5,836 nucleotides of DNA from a virus (lineage: Duplodnaviria; Heunggongvirae; Uroviricota; Caudoviricetes), in the IMG/VR virus record IMGVR_UViG_2545824709_000006; one strand, written 5' to 3'. Every line of letters begins with the position of its first letter. Position 1 is the first letter of the stretch. Positions 5,798 through 5,836 of the stretch are shown in pieces. The notes under the pieces are model-generated. The model had not been told where the DNA came from. It made no database searches and saw only the letters and a program-made list of their open reading frames with translations. The position numbers and the translations under genes were made by a program.

Positions 5798-5836
5798 GAT
5801 AATGGTTTATACCCTACACGGGATAACTTAACTGAT

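Noticed and set aside
1-5836. Search for CRISPR arrays, tRNA or rRNA genes, and defence-system signatures (toxin-antitoxin pairs, restriction-modification, abortive infection)
   Set aside because: No direct-repeat and spacer periodicity, no cloverleaf-like GC-rich 70-90 nt segments, and every ORF over about 45 codons is accounted for by a recognisable prophage, porin or transposase gene. I found no evidence for an undescribed system in this window.

Overview
This window reads as the nin-to-lysis region of a DLP12-type defective lambdoid prophage from E. coli or Shigella, and every coding region is a recognisable homolog of a characterised gene; I found no previously undescribed multi-gene system. 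Gene identities rest on my recall of protein families, not on a database search. In order: (1) the 3' end of an IS629-like (IS3-family) insertion sequence, with the transposase C-terminus ending at 300 and a terminal inverted repeat ending near 342; (2) a tightly coupled + strand operon ybcN-ninE-ybcO-rusA-ylcG, followed by the Q-family antiterminator quuD; (3) an apparently intact OmpC-family porin gene, nmpC, on the - strand, with hairpin terminators downstream and a long AT-rich region upstream; (4) a + strand lysis cassette essD (S21-like pinholin), rrrD (SAR endolysin), rzpD (i-spanin) with rzoD (o-spanin lipoprotein) embedded in the +1 frame, followed by an intrinsic terminator. The points worth a second look are architectural: the IS abutting the nin operon, the porin gene sitting between Q and the lysis genes in convergent orientation, and a candidate leader/terminator unit upstream of essD. 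Promoter calls are made by eye and are low confidence.
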